Of a DNA stretch of 64,000 nt, positions 18,952-34,544 are shown one piece after another (position 1 is the first letter of the stretch; every line of letters starts with the position of its first letter). The DNA comes from the human T2T-CHM13v2.0 reference genome, Homo sapiens. Below the pieces are notes generated by a model. It worked only from the letters and a program-made list of their open reading frames with translations. It ran no database searches and was not told the origin of the DNA. Location: NCBI RefSeq assembly GCF_009914755.1, contig NC_060936.1; one strand, 5' to 3'. Position numbers and translations under genes: made by a program.

Positions 18952-19634
18952 CACGAGTAGTGTTTCTTACTTTAGCCAGATGTAAACATGTGATGCGGTA
19001 ATATAGTGAAGAATATTATTCACTTCAGGTGATAGGGCTTTGGTCAAGAATTTTGAGAAACTCTTGAAAAAGGAAAATAAAACCCCCGTGATAGTAGTAC
19101 AATTCCAAAAGCAAAAGGAGAAAAAATGTAAATGTATTAAATCAAAAAATATTTTAAGGTAAGGCAAAAGTAGGTATAGAATTGTGAGTCACATACAAAT
19201 TGTGAAAGTGAGTGATTGCCCAGAAATCAAAGGAGAGGGAAAAATATGGTAGGTGAATATGGTTGCGATGCTAATCAAAAAAGTTATTAGCAGCTAGCTC
19301 AATTCAAGCTTTGAATAAATAGGAATAGAGTGTTTAAAACAGTATGCTTAATCTACAGGTGACAATATTAAGATAATTGTTGAAATATACTTAAAAGAAG
19401 TTAGTGAAATCAGAGAATGAAAGACTATTGAACTTTTCTGGTTTGTTTTGTAAAAATTTGCATATGTCCAACTTACAGGCACAAAAATAAAATACTGGAC
19501 ATAGAGAGCAAATCTTGGCCATTCAAATGGGAGTCGGCTATTAATTCTTTGGCCATAGGCTGTATTTCTACCAGAAAACTTTTGCTAAAATATGCGATTC
19601 AATACAGATATTCATTTTTCAAGTGTTTACAACC

Positions 19635-20309
<675 letters not shown>

Positions 20310-21356
20310 CAAACCAAGGATGAATGTTTGAGGCACCTGTCAAAATACACATTTGAAAAGATCAGAACGTCTGCAATGCCAAGTGAATTACGTTAGTAGA
20401 GGCAAATTCTAACAATGAAATGAGAAGAACTGCAAACAGAAAGAATCACAGAGAGAACCATTTCATTTTAACATTGAGGAAAAACTTTGAATGTGGGTTC
20501 CATTCAATTGTACAATAACTCAATGTATACAGCATCAACACTTTTAAAATATTGAGATAAAATATTTTTGGATTTTATCAAATTTGATATAATGCTATAA
20601 GAAGAATTCATACTTTGAGGGGACTGTGATAAATTAAAGGATTTATTTAGTTCTGTTTGCACTTGCTACATGCTGTTTCCAATATGAATATTTTCATAAG
20701 ATTTACATGTCTAATACATGAGTTGGTTCCTGACCTTGAAGCAATTGTTAGCAATAGATACACTGGTAAAAAAAAAATCTTCTGCTGTCCTGCATGACCA
20801 TGGACATGGACATCTTAATATTTATGCATAATAAAAACTTTCAGTTCAGCTTAGTAAATATTTATTGACAATGTGCTAATCATGAGGAGGACTATGGATA
20901 AAGGTGGATGATAAAGATAAATTTAAGTTGGGAAAACTACCACCACTACATCTACAAGGGCTGAAAGTATATACAAGTCAGAAGCACACAGAAATCACTG
21001 AACCACAAAGTAAATGGCCGTAAGTGCTGCTATATACCCAAACCATGTCCTACTTATATAGTCCTTTAAATGGATAAATAATACATTAATTCTGACTGGG
21101 AAGGGAGAAAGTTTCTAGGAATAGTTCTTTAAAAAGTTGCATCAGTTTTGATTAATACATAGGAAGAGACTGTTACAGAAGAAGAGCTGGCTAACGGAAC
21201 ACCTAACATAATTTTATTCTTGCACAATATCAGGGAACCCAACAGTTTTGTCAGCAGTAGCTACTTTTAATTTCCTTGGATACTTGAGATCATCTGGGAA
21301 GATTGTGGTAAGTAAGGCTGCTGATGAAGACTTTGATTAAGAAAGGATTTATCAGG

Positions 21357-22880
21357 AGCTGGGAACAGTCGCTCATGCCTGTAATCCCAGCCAAGTAGGA
21401 GGATGACGCAGGAAGACTGCTTAAGTCCAGGAATTAGAGATTAACCTGGGCAATATAGCCAGACCACCGTCTCTACAAAAACAAAACAAAACAAAACAAA
21501 ACAATTAGATGGGCATTGTGGCACATGCCTGTGGCCCCAGCTACTGGGGAGACTGAGGTAAAAAGATCACTTGGGCCCAGGAGTTTGAGGCTACAATAAG
21601 CTATAATTGTGATGGCGGCAGCTGCTGCCATAATGCCAGCTGCTGGGGAGAGGTGTGGCAGGGTTGTATGCTCTCTAGAGTTGGCAAGATGGGGACAAGT
21701 GGGAGCCCTGCCCCTTCTGAGTTGGAATGAGAGCTCCCTGGGTTCTGCTGCAGCTGCCCAAACTGAAGCTGTAGCTGTAGACCTGGACGTCCCACTCCAT
21801 GGAGCAGACGGGAGTTCATCCAACTCCCCTACTCTGTCCCCACCCCAGCCCACCACCCAGCCACCCAAACCCATGCTGCAGACTCAGGCATCCCTGCACT
21901 CTTGGGGAGCCTGGGAACAACCCCCTCGCCCCTTGCAGGCTTGGAGGCACCTCCTCCTGCTCCCTGGTCTCTCCAACCTCCTGGCTCTGTGCTCTGATCT
22001 CAGAGTGGGGCTGGGACCCAGCAGGGTGCTGTCACAGCCCAGCCAGGTGTGCAAACATTGGAAGCAGTGCTGACATGCCAGTCCCCTGCCACCTCAGCCC
22101 CCTCTGGACTTTGGACACCGAGGAGCAGGAGCATGGGAGGGGAAGCTGAGGTGGTCCGAGGGTGGCTGGGCACTGGCCTGCAAGTGCCCCTTGATGCCAG
22201 CAGCCTGGGTGCCATGGATGGCTGTGGGAGGCAGACAGGCTGCTGGGTGGAAGGGGATGGGTCCCCAGTGAAGCCCCACCTGCAGGCTAGGCTGCCAGTC
22301 CTGCAGACTGGAGGCAAAACTCATGGGGCTTTTTCCTGGGCCCGCCAATGGCTGCCCATGGACCAATGGGCATACACTTCCTCCCCTCTGACATCCATAA
22401 AAGCCTGGGACTCAGCCAGAACAAGGCAGAAGACAGAGGAGGGAAGACTAGAGGCAGAAATGAGCTATCCTTTCTACTGATAGCTGGAGACAATGGGAGG
22501 GCCAGCTACTTTCTCTGCTGAATGCTTCAGAGACCTGCAGAGATGTCTGGGAACTACCAGCTGCAGACAGGAGCAGCCCTCTCCAGGGTTTCCCTTTCTG
22601 CTGAGAGCTGAACACTTGACAAACAACCTAGAGAGGAGCTACCCACCATGGGTCTCCTCTGAGCTGTTCTAACACTTAATAAAGCTCCTCTCCTTTAACC
22701 CTTCACTTGTCTACCTACACCATTCTTCCTGGATGCAGGACAAGAACTCGGGCAAAGATGCCACCAACCACAGTTTTCCAACCAGAAAATCGACACCCCA
22801 AAGATTCCATAACAATTGCACCACTGCACTCCAGCCTAGGTGACAGAGTGAGACCCTGACTCTTAAAAAAAGGAAAAAAA
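21357..22880 (+). mobile_element. AluJ split by an LTR (pieces 21357-21609 and 22819-22880)
   Basis: Alu right arm stops at ...aagctataattg and resumes attgcaccactgcactccagcc. Confidence 0.9.
21610..22814 (+). mobile_element. MER52-family ERV1 solo LTR
   Basis: TG...CA termini (tgatggcggcag ... cgacaccccaaagattccataaca), 4-bp TSD ATTG, GC-rich body, TATA-like ccataaaa near 22395, AATAAA near 22678. Confidence 0.85.
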
Positions 22881-23441
22881 AGGAATTATCCACAAGTTAT
22901 TAGATAAGACTGCTAATAGCTTCTAATTGCGATAATTTCCCGTTTGAAATGGAAGGTATGGAAGTTAATACCAGGTCAGTTTTACCAAAGTTATAACCCT
23001 GCTTTTGGCCTCTTTCATCTCCAGTCAGACATTAGCAATGCTCAGTTACCTTCAACATTAAGCCAGTCCTGACATGAAACTGGCAGCATTTGAGAACAAT
23101 GACCCAGACTTGAAGGTAGATCTGGAATTAGGATTGCTGCTTTAAGCCCAGTATCAAGGTATACAGTGAATCATGAATTTCTCATAAACGAAATTTAGTG
23201 GATTTTTTCCTATAATTCTGATGATAACTTTGCCTTGATTATATATTAAAACAATTCATTTGCTGTATCTTCATTACTGTCCCAAATGTTTTGGGTTGAC
23301 ATACTGATGTTAGCTAGTGGTTTTGGTCTCAAGTTTCAGTAGCTGCTCCAGTGTAAAATGATCACACATAAATCTTAGGTTTTTACTCATACGATACCTT
23401 GTCTGATACTATATTCATCTACCAAATAAAGGGTTTAGTAT

Positions 23442-23790
23442 TTCTTAGTCAATGTGGGCTGCTATAACAGAAAACATGGATTGAGTGACTAAAATAATAA
23501 ACATTTGTTTTTCACAGATTTGTAGGCTGTAAATCTGAAATCAGGGAGTCAGCATGGTTGGGTTCTTGGTGAAGGCTGTCTTCCTGGTTTACACATGGCT
23601 GTCTTACTTTATCCTCACATGGCGGAGAGAAAAATCTCTCTTGTATCTGTTCTTAGAAGGGCACTACTTTCCTTCGATGAGGTTTTCATCTTCATGACCT
23701 AATTTCCTCCCAAAGGTTTACCTCCTAATACCAATACATTGAGAGTTAGGATTTCAACATATGAATTTGAGGGATTTGCAGTTCATAATA
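23442..23790 (-). mobile_element. MLT1A-type solo LTR
   Basis: ttagtc..gggctgctataaca...cagcatggttgggttcttggtgaagg...gttaggatttcaacatatgaattt. Confidence 0.85.
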
Positions 23791-25299
23791 ACTATCAATG
23801 TCAGCTCAGTTCAAGCTTGAATTTGTTTTGCTTTGGGTGACGAATCTCTAACTAATTTGAATTCATCTTTCCCCAGTCTGGTTCAGTGTTGTCTTCTTTC
23901 TCCTTCACCACCAACAGTTAGCAAGATGTCAGTTTTACTTGAGGCTAAGTCTGTTTTAGTTATCACAATAGAGAACCCTGTAAGCTATATCTTAGTTTCC
24001 CCTTTCATAATAATTTTCATTATGGAAAAAATACATTCTAAACATTGTTCCTATTCTAAGAAACTTGGCTGAATCTTTGCAACAAAAATAATGTGGACAT
24101 TTGCCAAATACAGCTGTAGAGAAAGGTAAAATCATTGCTCTGAATTATTCATAAAATCACAGAAATTAGGGACAAACGCTAAATAAGAATGAATTATTCA
24201 GTGACCTGAAACAGATATTTTCTTTAGTTTCTCATGTAATTTGAAATGTACTGCAATTTACATCCTCAGTGTTATAAACATATGATGTTTCTCTTTTAGT
24301 GAAAAGCACCCAACAGAACTTGTTAAACAAATGAGTTTTTTTCTCTTCCCATCTCTAAAAGCATTGTTTATACCTACACATGTACAAATATGTTTTAATA
24401 GACCTAACATCTCTATGATGTCATTTTCCCCTTGGGTACCAGAATATGTATTTAGTCCTGTAGAATTATTTAGCTTTCAGGTGCTGAGTTACTATTTCCC
24501 AGCAGTTGCATTGCCCAAAGTAATGTGGACATTTTTCTCATTTTAAATTTCACCTCACATGGTCCTTTGGTTTTGTTACATTTTGTACCTATTTTGATTG
24601 TTTTTTTCCTCTCTATGGAAATTATTTTCCAAGTAAGGAGAAAAAATGTTGATGTTTTTCCTTATTCAAAAACTATGGTAGATGAAAAAAAATCTGATTA
24701 ACTCTATTACAGTCTTCCTCAACTTTTTACTGAGATAAACATGAAGGCACTGAAAAGGTGAAATTTTGAGCTATTGAAAATTTGGAATGTAGTACATCAT
24801 GCCGAGATTTGAGGAAACGTATCAACAATTTAGCAAGGGATGGTAGTAGATACACAAAAAGCAATTAGAAGCAAAAAGGCCTTGGATTCTTTTCATGTTA
24901 AAGAAAATATATTCTGAAAGTAAGTACAAAGACCCTTTGTATTTCCTTTATAACCTGTTCCCTAACAGAATACCAGGGCCTATGCCAAGGGAAAAACTGT
25001 AGATGTGTTTCTCTTCTGGTGCCGATATGGTCATAGGATGGGGACGCTCGCTCTTTGCTATTTCTGTAACCAATCTTATTATGATATCAATTAATATCAA
25101 AACATTTCAAGTCTAGTTACTGACAAGAGAGTAAACTAGAGTGGACTCCTGACTCATAACAAGGATTCAGATCTAGAGTTCTCATAGAGTGAAGAGATTA
25201 TGTTTGCAACTGAGAAATGAATGTAAAAACTGTAAGGAATCCCTGGAGAGTCTGAAAGTCCCTGAGCCCTGATACACAGAGCAACAATGGCAGTTTAAG

Positions 25300-25912
25300 G
25301 CTGACCACCTCTCATTCCCTCCACTATTTCTCACATAAGAATATTACAGTACACTCTTCACTGCTCTCTCTGCTTCAAGCTTTGCCCTTCCACCTCTCTA
25401 TTCCACAGAGAAGGTAGAATGCACCTCTTAAAATACAAGGTGGATTATTTTACTCATCTGCTTAAAAACTTTTCAATGGCTTCTCATCTCATTCTGAATA
25501 AAATTCAAAGTGCTTTCCAGGCTTACGAGTCCCAGTATGATCCTGAGCCTTGACAATATCTCTGGCAAAATCTCCAGCCTCCCATTGGCCACTCCTGCTC
25601 TGTCACACTAGTGTCCTTGCTGTTGTTTTGAAATATAGAAAGCATGATTTTACTTCAGTGTCTTTATCCTTGTTATTTTCTCTGCCTGCCTTCTTCTGTG
25701 TCTTCGGCATTCCGTATGACTCATCTCCTCATTCCCCTTAGTCTTTTTTCCATGTGGCATTTAAATACAGACATCTTCACTATCTAAAATTGCACTCCCA
25801 TATCCATAACTTCTTTTATTGCTCTAGATATCCTTACAGCATTTATCATTACCATTTATTAGCTTATTTGTCTTTCTTTACTAAAATGTAAACTAAATAC
25901 AGACAGAAATTT
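25300..25912 (+). mobile_element. L2 (L2a-like)
   Basis: ctctattccacagag...ctcatctgcttaaaaacttttcaatggcttctcatctc..gaataaaattcaaa, L2 body to 3' end. Confidence 0.7.
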
Positions 25913-26280
25913 TTGTAATTAAAAAACACATAACAAAAAAATCTACCATCTTAACAAAATTTTAAGTTTGCAGAACATTTTGTTAATGATATACACATTG
26001 TTGTACAGCAGAAATCTAGAATGTTTTTATCTTGCTTGACTGAAACTCCACACCTGGTGAACAGCAACTCCAGACTTCCTGTTTCCTCCAGACCATGACA
26101 ACTACCATTTTATCTTCTGTTTCCATGCGTTTGGCTACTTTCAATACCTCATATAAATGGAATCACGATATATTTGTCTTTGTATCTGGCTTATTTCACT
26201 TAGCACAATATCCTTAAGATTGATACATGTTGAAATATGACAGAATTTCTCTTTTGAAGGCTGAATAATATTCCATTGTG

Positions 26281-26500
26281 GGTGTGTGTGTGTATATATA
26301 TATATGTATATATATATACACACACACATATATATACCATATATATACACCGTACATATATACACCATACTATATATATACCATACATATATACACCATA
26401 CTATATATATACCATACATATATATTCACCATACATATATATATACACACACATACACATATATACACCATATATATATATATATGCACACATACACCAT
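26281..26500. repeat. Compound (TG)/(TA)/(CA) microsatellite with ~31-bp higher-order units
   Basis: Directly visible. Confidence 0.95.
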
Positions 26501-27472
26501 ATTTTCTTTATCTGTTCATTTGATGATGGACTTTTAGATTGTTTCTAATTTTTGGTTATTGTGAATAATTCTGTAATGAATATGGGAATGCAAATATCAC
26601 TTCAAGAACTTGCTTTCAATTATTTTAGAATTATTCAATTATTTTGGAAAAATGCCCACAAGTGGGATGGCTGCATCATATGGTAGGTCTATTTTTTAAT
26701 GTTTTGAAGACCCTCCATACTGTTTTCCATAGTGGCTCTACCATTTTACATTCCTACTGACAGTACATAAGGTTCTAATTCAATTTCTCCACATCTTCAT
26801 CAACACTTGCTATTTTCTTTTTTTAAAAATGAACATACAGTTATGAGGTGATAAACCCTGTTGTGATTTTAATTAGCATTTCCCTGATGATTAATGATGT
26901 TGAGTATCTTTTTATATCCCTGTTTGTCATTTGCATGTCTTCCTGAAAAATATCCGTTTAAGAATTTGGCCATTTTAAAAGTGGGTTATGTGTTTATTTG
27001 CTTTTGAGTTATAGGTGTTTCTTATATATTTTGGATATTAAGCCCTTAGCAAATATATGGTTTTCAAATATTTTCTCCAATTCTATAGGCTGCCTGTTCA
27101 TTCTGTTGTTTCCTTTTTTGCACAGAAGCATTTTATCTTGATTAATCACCCTAACCTATTTTTGCTTTGGTTGCCTGTGCTTTTGGTGTCAAATCCAAGG
27201 AATTATTGTCACGAAAAATGTGATAAAGCCTTTCTTTATGTTTTCTTGTAGGAGTTTTACAGCTTTAGTTCTTACATTTAAGTCTTCAATCCATTTGGAG
27301 TTAACATTTGTGAACAGTGTAAGATAAGGGTTCACTTTCATTCTTTTGCATATGGATATCCAGTTTTCCCAACAATATTTGTTGAAGAAATTATCCTTTC
27401 TCCATTGCATAGTTTTGGCACCCTCGTCAAAGATCATTTGACTATATGCACGTGGGTTTATTTCTGGGCTTG

Positions 27473-27883
<411 letters not shown>

Positions 27884-30800
27884 TGGGCTTTCTATTCTGT
27901 TCCACTAATCCATTCTGTTCCATTCATCTATATGATTAGTTTTACATTAGTATCACACTATTGGGATTGCTGTAGCTTTGCAGAATATTTCAAAGTCAGA
28001 AAATGTGAGGCCTCTAACTGTTTCTCTTTCTTGGGATTTTTTGGATATTCAGGGTCCGTTATGGTTCCATATGGATTTTAGAACTGTCCTTTCTATTTCT
28101 CTGAAATTATCATTGGAATTTATACAATTCCAAGGGATTACATCAAATCTGTAAATTGCTTTGGCTAGTATTAGAATTTAAAAATATTCTTTCAATTCAT
28201 GAAAATGAGATGGCTTTCCATTTACTTGTGTCTTCCTTAATTTATTTCAGCAATATTTTGCAGTATTCAGTGTACAAGTCTTTCCCCCACCGGCTAAGTT
28301 TATTCCAAAGTATTTTATTCATTTTGATGCCAATGCAAATGGATTGTTTTCTTAATTTCCTTTTCAGAATGTTTGCTGTTTGTGTTTTTTTGAACCTTTA
28401 TTTTGAATCCTGCACCTTTACTGAATTCATTTTATTAGTTCTTAGAGCTTTTTGTTGAATCTTTAGGGTTTTTTTTATATATAAGATGATGTTTTCTGTG
28501 AATAGAAAAAATTTTACTTCTTCCTTTCCAATTTGGATACCTTTTATATCTTTTTCTTGCTTAATTATTTTAGCTAGGACTTTATGTACTTCATAAAGGC
28601 ATCCTTGCCTTGTTCCTGATCCTGATCTTAGAATAAGGGATTTCAGTTTTTCTTCATTAATATGATGTGAGCTGTGGGTTTTTACATATGGCCTTTATTG
28701 TGTTGGAATAATTTCCTTCTATTCCTATTTTTTCAAGTGTTTTTCTAACGAGAGAATGTTGAATTTCGTCAAATGCTCTTTCTCCATCTACGGAGATGGA
28801 CACGTTATTTAATTGTTTTCTTAATGTGGCATATTATATTGATTTTCACATGTTGAACCCTTCTTGCATTCCAGGAAAAAATCCATCATAATTATGGTGG
28901 ATGATACTTTATAGTGCTGCTGAATTCAATTTGCTGGTATTTGTTGAGGATTTTGCATGTACATTCATTAGGGATATTTAATTTTTTTTCTTGTAGCACC
29001 ATTGTCTGCCTTTGATATTAGGGTTATGCTAGCTTCACAAAAAGAGTTTAGAATCGTTCTTTCTTCTTTAATTTTTTAGAAATGTTTGAGAAATATTGGC
29101 ATTAATTCTTCCTTAAATGTTGGCAGAATTCTCTAGTAAAGTCACCTGTGCCTGAGATTTTCTTTGCTGGAAGATTTTTGATTACTAATTTAAACACCTT
29201 ACTAGCTATAGATTTGTTCATATTTTGTATTTCTTCTTGGTTCAGTGTTGTGGGTTGTATATATCCAGTAATTTGATTTTTTTCTAGGTTATCCAATTAC
29301 TACCATAATCATTCACAGCAGTCTCTTATAATCTTTTTTTTATTTCTGTGGCATCAATTGCAATGTCTACTTTTTCATTTTTAATTTTATTTGGTTGAGT
29401 CTTTTCTCTTTTTAATTGCCATATTCTCTTGTATAGTAATACCACAGGTTTTTTTAATCTATTCACTTGCATTTGTTCTACTTTCTGGTTATAATGAAAA
29501 TATGTGTGTGAAAATATCCTTTATTTGCATTAATCTTTATTATTTCCTTCCTTTTGCTGGGTTTGGGCTTAGTTCTTCTTTTTTAGTTCCTTGAGTTGTA
29601 AAGTTAGGTTGTTTATTTGAGATCTTTCTTCTTTTTTAAGGTAGGTATTTATTGCTATAAATTTCCCTCTTTAGTACTGCTTTTGCTGCATTTCTAAGTT
29701 TTGCTATGTTGTGTTTTTTTATTTTTTTGTCAGCTTGTTTTCTAATATTCTTTTTGATTTCTTCTTTGACTCATTGGTTGTTCAATAGTATGTTGTTTAA
29801 TTTCCATATATTTGTAAATGTTTCAGTTTTCCTTCTACCATTGAATTTTTGCTTCATCCTACTTTTGGTCAAAACAGGTTCTTGATTTCCTTTGTCTTAA
29901 ATTTGTTAAGACTTGTTTTGTGACCTAACATGTGATCTATCCTGGAGAATGTGTCAGGATATGTCACTTTGCCAGATAATTTATATACCTCCATTTTTGA
30001 AGGGTTGATATTTGGAAACTTATTTTCTTCCTTTTATTGGGCCATGTTTCCCTGTTTCCTAGTGTGCCTTTTAATTTTGTGTTGCGATTCTAGGATTTGA
30101 AAAAAAAATAACCACTCCTCCCTGTCTTTACAGACTGGTTTTCACTGGGAAATCCTTTCACCAGTCAGCCCAGTTAGAGATTCTGAAGTATGTCAAATCT
30201 TTCTGTGAATGCATTGTCTCTGGAATTGTGTGTAAATTCTTAGAAAAATTTGCAGATCTTTCTTCAGGAGCATGTAATCTCTTGCTCTCTTTGTTATCTA
30301 TCTGTAGAACTGTAGGTTATCTGGAGTTGCTATAACCCCCTAGCTCTCTTTTGTTCTCAGCAGTCCTCAGACATCAAGAGCGTCCAGTCAGACAGAAAAC
30401 AGTCTGTCAGGCTGACTGGGAAAAGTTGGAATTCTGGATGCACACTCCAGCTTTTTCCTTCTCCAAGGGGAAGCCAGGAGTTGAGGGTTTTCTCCCACTC
30501 ATTGCGTCTTGATCCAAGGAAGGATGGTATGATAAGTGAATGTATGCTAACCCAAACTTCCCCAACTCATTTGTTCTTAATATCCCCAATCTGGAAAGCT
30601 TTCCTGTTAGCGCTTAAATTCAGGCAAGACAGAAAACAATCACTTGGAAACTCCCCTGAAGTCTGAACACTGAATGTGTGTTTCAGCATTCTCTTTCACT
30701 TCTGTGGGGGAATCAGGAACTGTAGAGTATTCTCCCAATCTTGTTATACTGAGTCACAGGAGGAATGATGGTGGATTGAGTGACAGTCCAAACGGTGGCT

Positions 30801-32135
30801 TTATCAGCAGGCATGCAATCTGGCATCCTTTCCTTTTAGCACTTAGATTCAGCATAGATAGGTGCTAGTGCCCTCCCAAAAAGTCAAAATGTTGGACATA
30901 TGGTCTAGACTTTTATTTCTCTTCCTAGAGATGAGCTGGGAGTTTGGAGCTTTCTCTCTATTGTGTTGTACTGCTGAGGGATGATGAGTGAGTGCAACAA
31001 ATTTACCTGTTGGTTTAGATGTGCCTGGCTTGAAGCCTACCAGGGAATCCAGAGTCTTTAAATTCACCTCTGTACTTGTTACAAAGGGGATTTATCTGTG
31101 TATTATTGTCGAGCTGGTGTCTCCTTGGAGAGGAGGGTGGAGGGGCTTTGAGGCTTTCTATTGCATCATCTTGCTGGTGTCCTGACAGGAATTTTAAACT
31201 GGGCTCCTTTCCCCACATTGTTGGAGAATGGATCCTGGCTGATTATAGGTACTCATGAAATACTGGATAAATTATTATTTATCATTTACTTACAAATACT
31301 TCAAATTTTTATTATGGGAAATAAGTTTTTAATCACTATTAAAGTTTGTTGAAGCACTAATTCATTACTGTGAAAAGTGGGGAGGGGAATAAAAATCAAG
31401 CTTTTGTCTATTTCTCTTGCTTTTCCTGTCCAAACTGTGTTTTGGTGTAATCAATAAACATTTGAGAGGAAATGTTCTTTTAGAAATTATTCCAGCTAAT
31501 AAATGAAGAAAAAAATGAAAGAATGTAGTACCCTGTTATAACACCTAGTAAAATAATGGTTGAAACAAGTTTTCTAATGAATGCTAAAACTATTAGTTGA
31601 AAAGTTGATGCAAACCTTTACTGTGGAGGAATGTAGCTGACATTAATTTCTTATCTGAATTACATTTTTGAAACTTTATGACTCTTTGAATTTAAAAGGG
31701 ATTTTGGTGTCATTATTTTTTCTTTTACAGTCTCTTTTTTCACATAAAAATCAACTATTAACTGATTGGTTTTATGGTCTTTTGGAAAGAGACTATATAA
31801 ATTCTGCTTTTTGTATGAAGATCTCTTTTACATTGTCAGAGGAAATTTTATCTCTGGTAAGCTCTGATTTCATCTTTCAATTTTATTTTGAATTTCTTTC
31901 TTTGTCTTTTGTTTTATCAGCACCTTGTTTAATTTAAAATAGATTCAATGTCAACAGTCAAGGAGTTAACTCAGGAAACTAATTTATCCAGAAATACAAA
32001 TATTTTTGCATATATTTTATCCTTTGTTTTAGATCTTTAATATGTAATTTCTAAAAATGAAATATGGACAGTTTGCTTGATTTCTGAGCATAGTCAATGA
32101 ATAATTTTACCAAAATAAGAAAACATTTTTCGAGG

Positions 32136-32448
<313 letters not shown>

Positions 32449-32699
32449 TGATATAATGAATTACTGGGGAAACCTTTTAATATAATATTAGACAGCCCAT
32501 TTAAAAAGAATCCAGTATAATTATTATATTCTTTATATGACTACATTTCACAGTGAAGTAACTTAGCACTCTGTATTTATAATGCTTTGAAAATACATAT
32601 TAGTTGCTGATTTTATATTCCAAACAGAAATTATAGGACACCATATTATATAAACACAAGAATTCAATATTAATTTTCACACTTTAAAACAATAATCTT

Positions 32700-33003
32700 G
32701 GCCCTGAGCAGTGGCTTGAGCCTGTATTCCCAGCACTTTGGAAGGTCGAGGCAGGCGGATCACAAGGTCAGAAGATTGAGACCATCCTGGCTAACACGGT
32801 GAAACCCCGTCTCTAATAAAAATACAAAAAAAAAAAAAAGTAGCCGGGCGTAGTGGCAGGCGCCTGTAGTCCCGCTACTCGAGACGCTGAGGCAGGAGAA
32901 TGGCATTAACCCAGGAGGCTGAGCTCGCAGTGAGCCGAGATGGTGCCACTGCACTCCAGCCTGGATGACACAGCGAGACTCCGTCTCAAAAAAAAAAAAA
33001 AAA
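32700..33003 (+). mobile_element. AluY-like
   Basis: gagaccatcctggctaacacggtg, gagaatggc, cagcgagactccgtctc; short TSD aatctt. Confidence 0.93.
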
Positions 33004-34172
33004 TCTTTTCAATTTTTAAAATTTTTCTCAAACTACTCATCAGAGAAATTTAACATCTCCATTTACGTTTCTATGATGTTATACAGAAATATTTTATTTC
33101 TTTCCCCAGAATAATATAGGCAAAATCTCTCCTTCTGACTATACACACCTGGTATTGTTATTTTATTTAAGGGTTTCTATCTCTTCCTATTCTGAATGAT
33201 TACTGTCTTTTTGAGCTTTCTTGCAGTAACCACTTTAAATAGTCTCTAGACAACTTTCTAGATTCTAGGATCCACATTAATCTTCCTGCTGTTGCAGCTT
33301 CTGTCTTCTCCAAGAGTCTAGCTTTTATGAGAACAAAATAGTCATATCTTCTTTAAAGAAGAGTTTCCAGTGTAAAGACTAAAATTTAAGTTAATTGTAA
33401 ATGAAAGACTCCAGTTAGAGGAGAAAATATTTCATTTTAAGATGAATGTTTCAGAACACAATTACTACATTGAACATGACTCTCACTATAGCCACATTAA
33501 TTACGTCTATTTCAATTTAAGGAGACACAGCAACAAATCTTACCTCTCTGAAAAGAAATCAAATCTGAAACGTGGAGAAGTATGAGTCCTGACCAAGAGA
33601 TTTTCTTGGAAGACATAGATTGACTTATAGCAAATATTATCTGAAGTAGTAAAATCTTACACTTTATTTTTATAGAAAACAGACAATAAAAATCTTTCTA
33701 AATTAATGCATAGGTACTTTTGTAAAAATAACATAAAAATATCTGATTAACTTAGATACATAAGTTCAAGTTCCAAAATAAAGAATGAGAGTTTATAGTT
33801 TGTCTGACTTTTATTCTTTTCAATCCATAATTAATTCCATAGATAGAATAATTTATAATGTAACTTTAATCATTACATCCTTTGATCAAAAATATACAAA
33901 TATTCTTAATTTTTCTTCTCATATTTACTTAAATTATTTTTCATCACTTTAATATTTCTTTATTCACTGGTCCCAAAATAGTTCACTAAGTTTGGTATTT
34001 CTTGGTTTTGTAAAAAATTTCCCAATTCAGCTCCTAAGTACAATTAGTACTCTTCTCTCCTCTTCCTTTGTATTCTTTTTAGGTCCAACCCCATGGCTTT
34101 CCTTTTGTACTCTCTAGGCCAAGAATGTTCTTTCTTCTTCCTACCATTTAACCATTATTCATTTTTCATGGC

Positions 34173-34544
34173 TGTATTTGTCCGTTTTCACACTGTCATA
34201 AAAGACTTTCCTGAGACTGGGTAATTTATAAAGGAAAAAAGGTTTAATTGACTCACACTTCTGCATGCTGGAGAAGCCTCAGGAAACTTACCATGATGGT
34301 GGGAGGAGAAGCAGACACATCTTCTATGGTGGCAGGCAAGGGAGAAAGTAAGCATGTGAAGGAGGAACTGTAAAACACTTATAAACCCATCAGATCTCTG
34401 GAGAACTCAACTAATTATCATGAGAACAGCATGGGGGAAGCTGCTCCTATGATCCAATCACCTCCCACCAGGTTCCTTCCTTTACACGTGGGGATTACAA
34501 TTCAAGATGAGATTTGGGTGGGGACACAGAGCCAAACCATATCA
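34173..34544 (-). mobile_element. THE1D/MSTA solo LTR
   Basis: tgtatt...cctgagactgggtaatttataaagg...ggggacacagagccaaaccatatca; 5-bp TSD ATGGC. Confidence 0.92.

Noticed and set aside
21473-22493. Cluster of overlapping 70-154 aa ORFs on both strands
   Set aside because: They lie in the GC-rich MER52 LTR and adjacent Alu, where stop codons are scarce; no recognisable domain
23025-23115. Plus-strand exon-like segment as a coding exon
   Set aside because: Stops in all three frames and a weak donor (GTAGAT); at most non-coding
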